Origin: Laetmonice hystrix
Lineage: Eukaryota
Direction: 5' to 3'
DNA: 64,000 nucleotides
Assembly: GCA_965235115.1 (NCBI GenBank)
Contig: OZ249446.1
Span: forward strand, 13,392,001 to 13,456,000
The notes under the pieces are model-generated. The model had not been told where the DNA came from. It was given only the letters and a program-made list of their open reading frames with translations, and did not search any database. The position numbers and the translations under genes are program-made. This document shows positions 12,743-25,171 of the stretch, in pieces (position 1 is the first letter of the stretch; each line of letters opens with the position of its first letter).

Positions 12743-14689
12743 AATGCCCTCTAGATTTGTCCTTAGACGGCAACAAGTGAAGTTTTAATTTGAATGGATC
12801 TGTTCTAAAAAGGTGCAGCACTCACTGGAGATACTGATTTCACAGGTCATCGAGATGTTTCTGCTCTGAAGTTGCTCCATGGCGGGAATGCTTACCGCTG
12901 TACATGGATAGTCAATTATATCTTCAGTGGTACGCTGGCCGGGACAGCTCAGCTTCCAGGCAGGATTACGGTAAAATGAGACCTGTTCATTTCACTAAAC
13001 GATGACAGTGAGAGATGCAGCGGTGAGTAACGACAGGTGCTGGGTTAGATCTCAGACATCGAGGACCGCTCGCCGCTTGCCGCCCGGCGTGGTGCAAGCA
13101 AGGCGTTTCTCTGGATTTAAACGCTAGCCGGCAGCGCGTTAGAACGGCAGCGCCATAGCCGTCCAGGATTAGTGGCTCCTTCCTCCGATAATAAACCCAA
13201 GCCCTTTGAGCTCTGTAAGCCTCGGGCGGATCTGAGATTGCGAGGAAAAATCCATGATCGAATTGTCGCTTGTGCGAGGGGAGAAATTTCTGGGGGTATT
13301 GACAGAGCTCCTTTGCAACAGGTCCGACGACCGTGGTGCTCGGCATGGAGCACCGCACCACTCCATATTTCCGTCAACAGACGTAGAGTGTGTACCTGGC
13401 TGTGTTAGGTATCGGCGATAATGGATTACTTCCCATTACAGGGCCGCAGTCAGCAGGTAAGTTAGAATTCCTCGTTCTTCAGTTATAGTTCACAGGTGTA
13501 ACAGAGAAAACTTAGGAAAAACGTCTGTGTGAGGAGAAAGATCTGTTCATGGACGACAACCCAGGAAACGATACACTCAGGCATTATACTATTGATTAGG
13601 AATGATTTTCCGCATGCAAATGCGAAAAAATGGCATTCACCCATCCAAGGTCCAAGTTATAATAGAGATCATTACTTCCCCGGTTTATTAGTTCATTGTT
13701 ATAGAAACCGAATCAAAGTCAGTTTGGGACTTTTCGTTTCGAGTAAGAAATATGTACATCCTAATTGTATTTATGTATACAAAGTCCGAGGATCTGCGTG
13801 CAGCTGGCAGAGAAGACACATTTCCCGAGTTTCATATTAAACATCAGGTCAGGCAATTGAGATTTTTTGGTTCGTGTTTTAATTGCGTTGGCAATTAGTG
13901 CATGGACCACATGCCTCGAGCCACAAGGGGCGACTTGGAATCGCGCTTCATGTGGGACAAAGAAAAAGCAGTCTCACAAGTTATCCATTTTGTAATTTAA
14001 GTTATTCACAGTTGCAAAGTGGGACTTATAAAATATGCGCGATTGATCGTACCTTGTAAATGTATCACTCAGATATGCCGAAATGAAGCTCAGCAGAAAG
14101 TGTTTTTGTTTTCCAAAAGTTGGCCGAGAATTGATCAAGACGGACAACGCCACACCGCTCAGCGCCCAGGTGCGCCATTTTAATTGCAATAAAAAAATCC
14201 AGTAAAGATTTTCCTTTTACAAAGTGGTACTGTGCACCAGCGGTGTGAAAACAATAATTGTAATAACCCACAAACCACACCTTGATCAAGTTTTTTCTGG
14301 CTCTTATAATAAATAATACACTGATGGGGGGGGGGGGGTTATCTATAATATTGTAGTTACTGATGAGAAAGGTTGTGGTCACCTCTCTATGGGAAATACA
14401 AGACGAGGATGTCAAGCTTTAGCTCCTATATAACGTCCCTGATGGCCTCTGGGCAAGTCTATAGGAACACCCCACGTCATGTTTAGACCTCAGAGACCTC
14501 GACTGTCTGGACCATCTCAGATCGTCTGGGTTGTGGCAGAATCAAGTGTTTCACCTTTCATTTTAATGTCCACGACTCTAGAGGAGGAAGGATTTTTATA
14601 TGACCCTATGACCATGGAGACATCGGCCTCAGGTGGCACGGCATGAAATTATAATGGGCCCTCCAGTGGGTACAGAGAGAAAATGTATG

Positions 14690-15410
14690 TATGGAGATAA
14701 AGAGCTTTCCCCACCGGGGACATAGGAACAGTGTTTGTGACAACATAAAAGGCCTTCGCACGGGGAGGACAGGAACAATGTCGGTATAATGGACACATTT
14801 TATCTGTCGAGATAAAGGGCTTTGCCGCTGGTGCACAGAAACAGTGGTTGTGTCGATAGAAAGAGGCTTCTCACAGGGAAGTCAGAGACAGTGCTTGTGT
14901 CAAAAATACAAAGGGTCTGAACTTGGGGAAGGCAGAAGCAGTGTTTGCGTCAATATAAAGGGCATTTCATCAAGGAGGATAGAAACAGTGTTTGTGTACA
15001 TATAGGACCTTCTCACAGGGACTGGCAAGGACCAGTGTTTGTGTCAATATAAAGGCCTTGCCTCAGGGAGGACAGAACCAGTGTTTGTGTCAATATAAAC
15101 TTAATAAAGGCCTTGCCTCAGGGAGGACAGAACCAGTGTTTGTGTCAATATAAAGGCCTTGCCTCAGGGAGGACAGAACCAGTGTTTGTGTCAATATAAA
15201 CTTAATAAAGGCCTTGCCTCAGGGAGGACCGAACCAGTGTTTGTGTCAATATAAAGGGGCCTTGCCTCAGGGAGGACCGAACCAGTGTTTGCGTCAATAT
15301 AAACTTAATAAAGGCCTTGCCTCAGGGAGGACAGAACCAGTGTTTGTGTCAATATAAAGGCCTTGCCTCAGGGAGGACCCAACCAGTGTTTGTGTCAATA
15401 TAAAGGCCTT
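14690..15410. repeat. 46/57-bp minisatellite: homogeneous at 15031-15410, degenerate at 14690-15030
   Basis: Unit GAACCAGTGTTTGTGTCAATATAAAGGCCTTGCCTCAGGGAGGACA, with or without an ACTTAATAAA-type insert. Confidence 0.9.
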
Positions 15411-17250
15411 ATAGAGGTCGGAAACAGTTCTTGTGTCGAAATAATTTGCCTATCCTCCGACTTTTGTGCTCTTTTGTGCAAGTTCGGAGGCAGCCACGGG
15501 TTTATTTTTCTGTCCACTCCCTAGTGTCAAGTCGATGGCACCCATCGATTACCGACTCGCAGAGAAGTGGCCTTTTTAGCAATCGGGTGGAGTGCCGTAT
15601 TGAGTTAGACTTGGACAATTGATATCCACCATAATGTGTCCGAGATTAGACCCCCGGTCCACAAAGACCGTTGACCTGCACGATTCACATTATGTGATGT
15701 CCATAGGTTGAGGTCAGAACTCAAGATAGCTTCAGTCAGCACTTCGGTATGATAAGGACATTTTGTAAGGGGCATGGGTAGTCTTATTATATCAAATACT
15801 AATTCATAGTACTTCTAGGAACTTTGTCTTAGTAACTCGCAGTATGACCCGTATGAAAGACGAACGCGGGCAGAAATGGCTGGTGTGTTTCCTGTGCCAT
15901 TTCACAAACAAATAGTTGTATTCCGGTAGTAGTCAGTTTTGCTGAATTCGTCCTTGAATGAGTCTGTGCGATTGGGAACTTGAACTTGTGTGAAAGTCGG
16001 TATTGCTGTGATCCACAAGATCAAATCTCAGTTCCCCATTTCTGTAATATACCAGAATCTCGTAATAATTCTATTGCTATTAAACGTTAATGCAAATAAT
16101 ATCTGTGTCAGCGTGTGCGGAGAACTGCAATCTGAGCGTAGACATGTCATGAATAAGCTGTTGGCCTTTTACCCGGGGCGTATTTTTCATGGCCACCTCC
16201 TGTAATGAGCTGGAGAGCGAGAATGCCATGCTGTCATGTAGGCAAAATAGCCCCGGCCTAGATTGTTCGTTTAGCGATTGAGTCTTGGATCATTCGGGAC
16301 CGTTCGTCTTGATGTGGTGCTAGCCCGCCGAACAGGTTGATGGACCATCTGGCAGGTACTGCACATGCACACAAAAAAACGAAAGAAGGACTGAGTTGAG
16401 GATTTCCCTCCGCGTTTACGTCACATTTTGTGAGTTAGGCAGGTCACAGATCTCTGTAATGTGCACGGTCAAGATGCAAAATGAATCACTACAAAATCTT
16501 TGTGAAGAAAGTATGATTTTTTTGCGTGTGCATGGAACAATGCCTAGTGGGCAACAAAGACATCCAAGTTCTGCGGCCTGAAAAAACAATCAGGAGATAG
16601 GAAATTAATGTGGACAGTGACAGCTATTTGTTGTCCCCCTTCCCTTATTAAAGAAAGGATCTTTTTTGTTTATTCTTATTAATTAATTAATCGGTACTTT
16701 AGTCAGTAGCTTTTTTTTGAAGGACTAAGACAGAGGACCGCGCCCACTGACGTTTGCATAATGCATGAGGCATTGGTAATTGGTGTGGACCTACTATAGA
16801 TACATGCCGGCTGGTGGCATCGTTTGGGGCTCCTTACGTAGTTTGTGTCGGTCCCAGCCGGTCCCAGAATCGGTGCCCGTGCCAGGACAACGGTTCCGAA
16901 TCATTACCTCGGCTTTACGATCAGTGATTACCTAATCCCGATGCTCACATCTTGGTGTAAAGGGAGTGCAGCACTCACTTTGAATGACATTGGTAGGTCC
17001 TGATGACCTGAGGGCAGTATTTAACAGATCTGTGGAGGCCACCCCCTGTAACCTTCTAGGTTCCTTTGGTGTGACTAGGTTCCTTTGGTGTGACTTTACG
17101 TTGTCACTTACTGGTTCGTGGGTGGGACACGTACTGGTTTGTAGGCATGTAATATGACGTACTACTCACACCATGGTCTACAGTCAGCACCAAGGCCCCA
17201 TTAATTCTTACTACGTGTATAATGCTAATTGTGGATCATATGTGGACAGG

Positions 17251-17420
17251 ACAGGGTGTGGATGTACTGGGTACATGCTGTGTGACAGCCCCAGTACAGT
17301 GTAGACAGGGTGTGGATGTACTGGGTATGCTGTGTGACAGCCCCAGGACAGTGTGGACAGGGTGTGGATGTACTGGGTACATGCTGTGTGACAGCCCCAG
17401 TACAGTGTAGACAGGATGTG
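17251..17420. repeat. 52-54-bp tandem repeat x3
   Basis: ACAGGGTGTGGATGTACTGGGTACATGCTGTGTGACAGCCCCAGTACAGTGTAG. Confidence 0.9.
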
Positions 17421-18534
17421 GGCAGGTCCAATAGTATAGGGCAGACCGACAGTATCAATGGACAAGGGTAGCGGCCAGGTCAGACATAGTAATGAAATAA
17501 TTGTCATTCGGACTCCGGTCAAAGCGTCACGCCAGTTGGCTCGACCCCGAGGGACGCGTCGAGGACGCTGTGATCAGTGAGGGAGAGCAAGAAGATTGAG
17601 AATGGTCATCGACTGGACATCACACCAGTGGGAACGATTTCGTAATGATTCCTAGGAAGGAGGCACACACTGAGCTTGGATTTGACACCAACTCGAGTTT
17701 TCAGGAAGTCCTCGTTATTTCTATAAACTTGTATGAAGTCAGGGTCTTTGAACGTTCAAACGAAGCCAAGTAGCGGAACAGTAACGGGGTTTTGATTGAA
17801 CCACGTTGAAATGTCATCGACTGTAACCTTTAAATCGCCTGATATGTTTGTCAGATTATAAATCTTCCGGGTTATTATTTGCATGTACATCATTGCCTTT
17901 CAAGCTTCATTCTCATTAAACTCATTAAACTTTAATTAATATGATCACGATCAATCAACAAACTGAAACGGAAAAAGATGATTTCCAAAAGACGATTTTT
18001 TAATGTTTGAATCTGTATGAATAACGTCCAGGCACGAAGAATGACGTCGTCTGGTAGCCAGGTATAGATTGTAAAATAATAGTTGCCACTAACAGTGGTG
18101 CTGGGTTTACCAGGCAGGTTCCATGTACACGGTTTATCTAGTCGCCGGTAGGCCTAGTCGCTGCCTGCAGCTGGGCCACAATCAGCAGATCGTCAGTTCA
18201 CATCCATACATCAGCAAGCGAAGACAAAGTGACGCAGTTTGATGCATACATAGGCACATTAGTGTTTGGTCGCATGTAGCTTTGTCAGCTTAAAACCTGG
18301 CAAGTGGAACGCCAGTGGGATTTGGTAGCTGTAAAGATAATGGGGAAACAAATATGACAAAGCTCTTCCTGGAAATAGCAGGGTTGACACGGGCCTTTTT
18401 ATAGTACGTACAGGGCCAAGAGTAAACGGATCATGGTCAACATAGAGACAAATTTAGGTATGAGGGGAGGGGGCTTGGCCAGTCATATAAGGAATGCCAG
18501 GGGAGAGGCGGTATACATGTGTGCCACCTAGTTG

Positions 18535-18710
18535 AAAGCAAGAAAGAAAGTAAGAAAGCAAGAAAGAAAGTAAGAAAGCAAGAAAGAAAGAAAGCAAGAA
18601 AGCAAGAAAGAAAGCAAGAAAGAAAGCAAGAAAGAGATTATTGCGAGGGAACGAAATCATTATTGCGAGGGAACGAAATCATTATTGCGAGGGAACGAAA
18701 TCATTATTGC
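18535..18710. repeat. Compound (AAGA/AAGC)n microsatellite followed by a 22-bp repeat x3
   Basis: AAGAAAGCAAGAAAG tract, then ATTATTGCGAGGGAACGAAATC three times. Confidence 0.92.
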
Positions 18711-20849
18711 GTCCTCTCGCAATAGACAGGACAACCGATGGCGAATCGGATGAAAACATCAGCTAGGTGTAATCCAGCGCGCCTGGAAAACTGGATGAGG
18801 GACGCGCAATTATCCCTGAGTATTCTGTCGTCTGGCGCCTACCCCCGCCGCCTTTCTGAGGAATTCAGAGGAATCACTGCGGGTTCATTTCACATTCTTG
18901 GGACTATTAATAGCAAGGGATGATTTATGAAAGGCCTAAAAATGAACTTGTGTGGAGTAACTCTCACGTTGTCGGTGTCAAACATTGGCGATTAGTGAGC
19001 GAGTGTTGATTAAACATTCATTCTGATATAAATTGAGGAGGGGGCATTCATTACTTGGGGAAGCTTACTAATATATGTAGGTGTGAAGTTTAATCACTTG
19101 TCTCCGGTCGAATCTACCACGGTTGTGTTGTGAAGACCTGGGTGTTTGGTGCCTGCAATGCTCCCTGAGGGAACGTTAGGATAGCACCGTACGGGAGGGG
19201 CGGGAGAGGGTGGGGCACAACTTACCAATCAGTCATTAGTAGGGAGGGAAAGCCTCAGGTTTTTTTTTTTTTGGGGGGGGGGGGGGTCCGTGGTACTGTC
19301 AGACGCAGTGTCCTGGATGGGACCACTGACAACCATTGTCTGAGGTCGACCGCCACCAGCGGGTTTGTTCTTACTGGTAGGCCTACTTGTGGGCAGGACA
19401 CCGGGTGGTGACTTGAGGATGACTTAGACAGGTGACTTGGAGATGACTTAGATAGAAGGCTTGAAGATGACTGAGACAGGAGACTTGGTGACGGAGACAT
19501 AAGACAGGAGATAATGTGTGCGGTATCACTACTGTGTTTGGCTGATCTATGTCGCGGTTAATTCTGTCGCAGATTTGGTCTCCTTGGAATGCCGAAAGTC
19601 GCCAATGGCCAATTAATTCTAATCTTGAAGGTGTCTAAGTGTGTGCGGGGGGGGGGGGGGGGGGGCGTGAGAATTTGTCAAATCAATTGGCAGAAAAAAG
19701 ATTTGTTATAATTATTTCATAATAATTATGGAGACGCAAATGTTCGACTCTCTTTGTAAGCTTCAAGGATGATTTGATGCAGTGTTGCTAGAGTAATAAT
19801 AAAGGTCAACCCAACTGGATGTCTTTGAATTTAATTTACTCGCCTAATTCAATTATGCACTTGGAAGCTGTTCGTATTTCCTTATTGCTGCAAGGTAATC
19901 TATGGCGTCAAGGCGTTAGAAGTGTTTATCTTCAAATTATTCCTTTAGCATAGTCAGAGAGACTCGATATATAACCTGCAGCTACACGACATCGTCACTG
20001 TAGCCGCAGGGCTTTGTGGTGAATTACACCATGAATAAATTAGCTTGAGAATTAGGTCGCAAGCATTCAGTCTTACAATGCTGCATGCTTCTGATGGTTC
20101 AGCGAAGAAGTTATAGGTGATTGTGGTTTAAAACTCAAGTATGAACAGGACTGAATTCCAGACAGAGAAAGTGAATACTCGCAGACCTGAGCCAGGTAGG
20201 TCAGTCTTTATATAATGTACTACCCCTACCTGGGAGGGACGAGGGCAGGGTCATGTTCCAGCCAGCATTAGATCGCCTTTCCTACTCTTGATTGGCAGTG
20301 AAGAAACGGAGAGTTTTTTTCATCTCACATACCGGTACCGGTAGGTATCTGAGGGTAGGCAGTTCCGGTTAACGTAAATAGTTCATTTGAAGAGCCTACA
20401 AAATTAATTTGTTGCGTACATGTATGTTTGTACTACCACAACGTTAGAAGTAGTGTCTGTAATGGGGCGAGTTTTGGGCCGCATGGGGATATTGCAATAA
20501 TACGGCGTCACATGAGCGTTTAGTAAAGTCCCATGGCTGCCGAAGGGCCTAGGTGCTCAATGACAACACCTATTGTTCATAAAGAATGAAAACAACCTGG
20601 AACCCATGTGAGAATTTCTCACAACCTACGGTGGTGTTATAAAAGTCATAATCAAAGAAGGCAGAGAACAGCTGGACCTGTTTCCCCCCTTGACTTATGA
20701 TTAAATTACGTATTGATAGCACTTGGGGGAACGAGGGAGACTGTGAGAAAAAGGCGTCTGGCATTCAATTGGTCGATGCGATAATTGATAGATAGGTTAC
20801 CGTGTCAACAGTACGAGAAAGGCAGGCGTGTGTTTCACGGGGTCTGGCC

Positions 20850-21140
20850 ACCAATCAAACAACGACAATACCCAGCAACTGTCTTCATGGTCTAATTCTT
20901 TCTTTGTGTCCAAACACAATCTATTAACGTGCTCACGACCAGTCCAACCCGCCACAGCCAGTTCAACCCGCCACAGCCAGTCCAACCCGCGACCACGGTT
21001 TGGGTGTCGGCGTCATTTCTCGTTTCCTCTTTCAGTTTGATTCCAATCCAGCCCGATTCCTTTTTTTTGTGTTTTTGGTGATGGGATGCAATGACAGCGA
21101 GTCGTTCAGCTTATTTTCTGGACCAGTGGACCGCTGCTGG
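20850..21140 (-). mobile_element. Possible degraded Gypsy LTR-retrotransposon pol fragment (RNase H end to pre-integrase linker)
   Basis: Collinear minus-strand peptides GPENKLNDSLSLHP (cf. G.EN..AD.LSR.P), LKEETRNDADTQ..GW (cf. IREAT..D..LQ....GW) and KKELDHED, broken by frameshifts and a 19-bp micro-repeat. Recognised by eye only. Confidence 0.3.
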
Positions 21141-21890
21141 CACGATCGAAAGTGTCCACCATACACAGGACGAATCTGGACGTCCTGGCACTTTATATGG
21201 TGTGTGGACTAACATCCTCAGGCCTGATTCATTTCACCAGAACATTTAAAGGCGTACATCGGCAGAAAGAGGCTGTTTACATGTCTCTTGTGGTTTTGCA
21301 GGTTCTTATATCAATTAATTACTGAAAAGTGCGAGAAGAAAAATCATCATTTTGAACGAGAGATCACACAATTCTCAACGAGTGTCTTACCTTCTGGACC
21401 ACGCCCCCTCTCCATGTGGAGGCCAGAGCAGGCTGTATAATTTACATCACGTGATACACAATCTTTGCGCGCACGCTCATTCTGTTTGTTTACGGACTTT
21501 CTCCATGTTGTCGATCTACTACATGTTTATAGACCTTTATAGACCGTCAACTGTGGACTGTAGTATTAGAAGTATGGGCGACTGCTTGATTTAAACACCT
21601 TACTCCAGTCCGGTCCAGTCCGTGTGCACCCCTGTCGTAGGTCCGTGCGAGTCAGCGAAGGAGGCAACGAATCAGAAAGCCTGACAGCATCATGTGACTA
21701 GGCCTATGTCATGTGACTCCGAATTATTTATTTGTACTAGTGGATAATGTACCATAGAAGTAAGTGAAGGGCTGTCGTTAGTTAGAGCAAAGCTTTTCGA
21801 TCATAGAACATATGTCTGAGGAGGTGAAACCCGGAATTGTATACAAATTGTCTTGTGTCGAGCGATCCGATACACGTCTTCTCCTTATTC

Positions 21891-22412
21891 ATGGTATCCA
21901 TAGTCTAAGGGTTTAAACATGATTTTCAGTGTGTGGCCCCAGATCACAGCACGAGGACCGAGACGGAACGTCGAGGTCCGAGTGCTGTGATCTGGGGCCA
22001 CACACTGAAAATCATGTTTAAACCCTGTTCTACCATGACAATACCATATCTTAGACACTATTTTATTTCATAAATAATACCTAAAATATCAGAGAAAAGG
22101 CTTACCGAGTTTATAAGCTCTACATTACGACCGTGTTTACAAGTGGCAGTGCATTCCGAGCACGTTATGAAAGGCACCACCTCAGTGGTTCATATCAGTC
22201 TAATTGTGACGCTCTCACAATTGTTAGTAATTGTGTCGTCGTCATTGTGATTGTGTCGGCATAATTAAATAGATTCTGAACCAATTACGTTCTATCTTAC
22301 AACCGCTGACCGTGCTGTTGGTCGCTTTTACCGTGCTGTTGGTCTCGAGACCAACAGCACGGTGTTAATCCATCGTTCTCTATAGGGAGTGCACGGCTAG
22401 GCATGGTAGAAC
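21891..22412. mobile_element. Non-autonomous palindromic DNA element, Crypton-like (tentative)
   Basis: Perfect 45-bp inverted arms 21908-21952 / 21982-22026; perfect 34-bp palindrome 22330-22363; 11-bp inverted repeat GTTCTACCATG (22027) / CATGGTAGAAC (22402); no ORF. The palindromes are certain, the superfamily assignment is not. Confidence 0.55.
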
Positions 22413-22539
22413 TACCATTACAACAGTATACAGTATACAGTATACAGTATAACATTGGGTGGATCACCTTTGCTGCGATCAAATACAGATACTGGGATTG
22501 CTACATTGTCTCCAACACCAACAGCCCTAAGTGTGCTGC

Positions 22540-24152
22540 GTGCCTTACCCCGCTTGGCTTGTGTTATGTCCTCTAGAATCCACTTCCTTGCATGTTTGGC
22601 AGGATGAAGTTCCCGTCAGGTTTAGGGTCACTGTTTGGTGATCCAGAAATGGGCTCAATATTGGAGGGTCCAAAGTGCAACCTAGGGCAGGATGGTTCTG
22701 CCTCAGCATTTTCCATGTTGATTGATCTAGGGGCGGACTCTGAGTCTTTTGGTGTGGTTTCAACCTTTGGAGTTTCAACATTTGATCGCCCAGAAGCTGT
22801 GGTGTATGGTTCTGGAGCAGGTCCTGGCGTTTCATTGTGTGACTATCCAGCTGACACGTTCAGGAGCGAGGTCAGGCCTGTCCATGGAGGATGATCTAAG
22901 GGCCAGTTCAGGATCAGTATTGTCCGTGTTCTCTTCTATACAAGACTTTCCAGCTCTTCTTCCTCAATGGCTGTGGAGATTCTGCTCAAGAATTCCTCTG
23001 GCAATTTCGATCTGCGACCGCATCGTGGGCTAAGATGCCATATTTATAGTCTCGTAGCTGTTCATGGCCCACGGCGCATGGCTGTTCATAGTCCACTGAA
23101 CGAAACGGACGCCATAGCTCCGTTTAGCACAGTTGGTGTCACGCATCCAAGCGATCAGCTACAGCTTCATGTCGCTCTTACTGAGAACCTTGAATCTGGG
23201 GATGTCTGGGACGCCCGTTGACCAGCCAACACCAGGTCTGGCCAGTGTGTTTTCAGTTCAGGGATAACCTGAAGAATGTGTGGAGCTCCAGTGTCTAGAA
23301 ATATGAGAAGTAGCTCGTGGGCAACCTCAGCGACTGTCTTAGTTTTCAGGGGACGTAAGACGTAGAACTTGGTCAGGTACTCTATGTGAGGCAGTATGAA
23401 TCGATAACTTCTGTCCCTCATAGTCTGCATGTCAACTAGGTCAACTTGACCACGTTCGTTTAAGTCCTTGAGAGTCATAGGTCTGACAACCCCTCCAGCT
23501 GCTGTCTCCCGCCTGTGTCTGTTTTGTGTGCATCTCTCACAGCGACTGATGTATTGCCCTGTGAGAGCCCTGAGGATGTTCCAATACTTTTCACTAAGTT
23601 TCTTGTGCATCTTCTTTTCACCACCGTGTCCAGTTTCAATATGGGATTGTGGTATGATGTCGTCCTTGGTGGCCATGTATTTACCATTACGCTTGGTTAC
23701 CTTGTCCACACGACCCAGAGATGTCAGCATGCAACTGTTCGGGATGTGATAGTTATCTCTTGGGAGTTTCTATCCAGTTTTTCCATGTTTGAGGACAACA
23801 ACAACCTTCTGTTCATATTCGTCAGACCGCAAGGCAGCTCTCAATACAGTCAAAGAACACGATACATTTCTTCATCTTCGGTGTTTGCAAGGGTTATGCT
23901 TGTTGGTATACCGTTCTGTGTTTATATGTTTACTGTTGTCACTGTTGCATAAATCGCCACGCGGGTCTTAGGTATGATCGTGATAACGTATCCAGCAGTC
24001 CAGACGGCGTGTACCCATGAGCGAGCATGGCATTAACCAAGTGTGTGACGTGCACTTTGAACCGGTGACTTCAATAAATGAAGTGATCTGAGCCGTCAGA
24101 TTTCTCACGTTTTAGTAGGGCAAGAGATTTGCTAACATTAGAAACGGTTACA
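22540..24152 (-). mobile_element. Ginger-like DDE integrase transposon relic (KRBA2/SCAND3-type), pseudogenised
   Basis: Minus strand encodes an HHCC zinc finger (SHIETGHGG...CERC), NERGQVDLVDMQ, YLTKFYVLRPLKTK, GAPHILQ, then after frameshifts VNGRPRHPQIQGS and LIAWMRDTN..YGVRFVQWTMN. All match the KRBA2/SCAND3 rve integrase family. A putative TGT terminus lies at 24152; element boundaries are uncertain. Confidence 0.85.
23167..23730 (-). pseudogene. Integrase zinc-binding domain plus partial rve core of the Ginger-like element
   Basis: 187-aa ORF; the SDNG.EF segment with the second catalytic Asp is missing between HILQ and VIPEL (junction 23268/23269); frameshift near 23220. Confidence 0.85.
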
Positions 24153-24333
24153 GAATGTTTAGTGTCATCAGTATTTGCCAGCGACACCTCGCCCTCTAGC
24201 CCTTCTCTCACGATTGCTATATTGTGTTCGCAGTTGGAACACTACTATAAAGAGTATGATATTTGTTGGCAAAAATTTTAAAGACAGCATCGTCGTCGTC
24301 AATTCCGTCAATAATGCAAGACGTACGGCGCTG

Positions 24334-24604
24334 GGGGCCTCGGGTGGCCGAGTGGTCAAAGGTGCTGGCTCATGACACCTAGGACCATCGCCTCACACCG
24401 CTGCGGTCCGGGTTCGATCCCCGGCCAGGGCTGCATGTGTGAAAGGTTTGTCAGTCAGTTCCTTCCCGAAGGTCGGTGGTTTCCTCCGGGCACTCCGGTT
24501 TCCTCCACCAAGAAAAACTGACTTTCATCATCATCATCATCTTCACCGCCGTGATATGACCCTGGCTGTTGCAAGGCGTAAAACCCCAAATACCCACCCT
24601 ACCC
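24334..24604 (+). mobile_element. tRNA-derived SINE with a V-domain-like core and 12-bp TSD
   Basis: A box TGGCCGAGTGG 24345-24355; B box GGTTCGATCCC 24411-24421; GGTTTCCTCCGGGCACTCCGGTTTCCTCCACC 24478-24509; perfect TSD CGTACGGCGCTG at 24322-24333 and 24605-24616. Confidence 0.93.
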
Positions 24605-24991
24605 CGTACGGCGCTGTTTCTTGATCTTGTTCCACTGGTCTCTTTCACCATTTGTGCAAGCGGCGTGCGCGATCACAGTCCTGCGTACTTCAAGTTCGCT
24701 TCTTTTGAGTGTTTTAACGGCACGACGGTATTTGGTTCTGGTGGGACGCATGGTTGACGCAAGGGCTCCAGCCGGCGGCTTGCCGGCCTCTTGGTGCGTT
24801 TCATTTGCTTCGGTAATAAGGACGCACAGCAACATTTCTTGGCCAGAGCTCCGCCTTTATTATTTTATCGGAGTCATTACTGTCAGTGGCAATACTAAAG
24901 GATTTATTTGTTGCGGTACCATTGGACCGTCGTTCCATTTCAATAGTATATCCTGCGGAAATGCTGAGAGATCTGTGTCTGTAGTGTAAAT

Positions 24992-25171
24992 CCAGGGATC
25001 CATGTGTGCGTATTACGTAGTGCCAAATCAAAACAATGAAAACACGCATTACGCACTACACACACATGGAATCACTCCAACTTGTGTTCATAGATTTTGA
25101 TGAATATGCATTACGCACTATTCAGTACGCATTACGCATCACGCCCTATCTACGTAAACATGGATTCCTGG
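24992..25171. mobile_element. ~180-bp MITE inserted in LINE ORF1
   Basis: TIR CCAGG(G/A)ATCCATGT with 1 mismatch; internal ACGCATTACGCA repeats; removing it rejoins the ORF1 frame (FFIFNH...LHYRHRS). Confidence 0.7.

Noticed and set aside
11820-12744. 125-291 aa ORFs with WCHEGVDLYCIHSGRAGV or RGSTYTVYTQGEREYGA repeats
   Set aside because: Stop-free frames of the 54-bp minisatellite; open on both strands, 41-bp variants shift the frame, and there is no synonymous-site pattern.
12813-16982. Shared 14-mer GTGCAGCACTCACT at ~12813 and ~16968
   Set aside because: Several 14-mer matches are expected by chance in a window this size, and the match does not extend.
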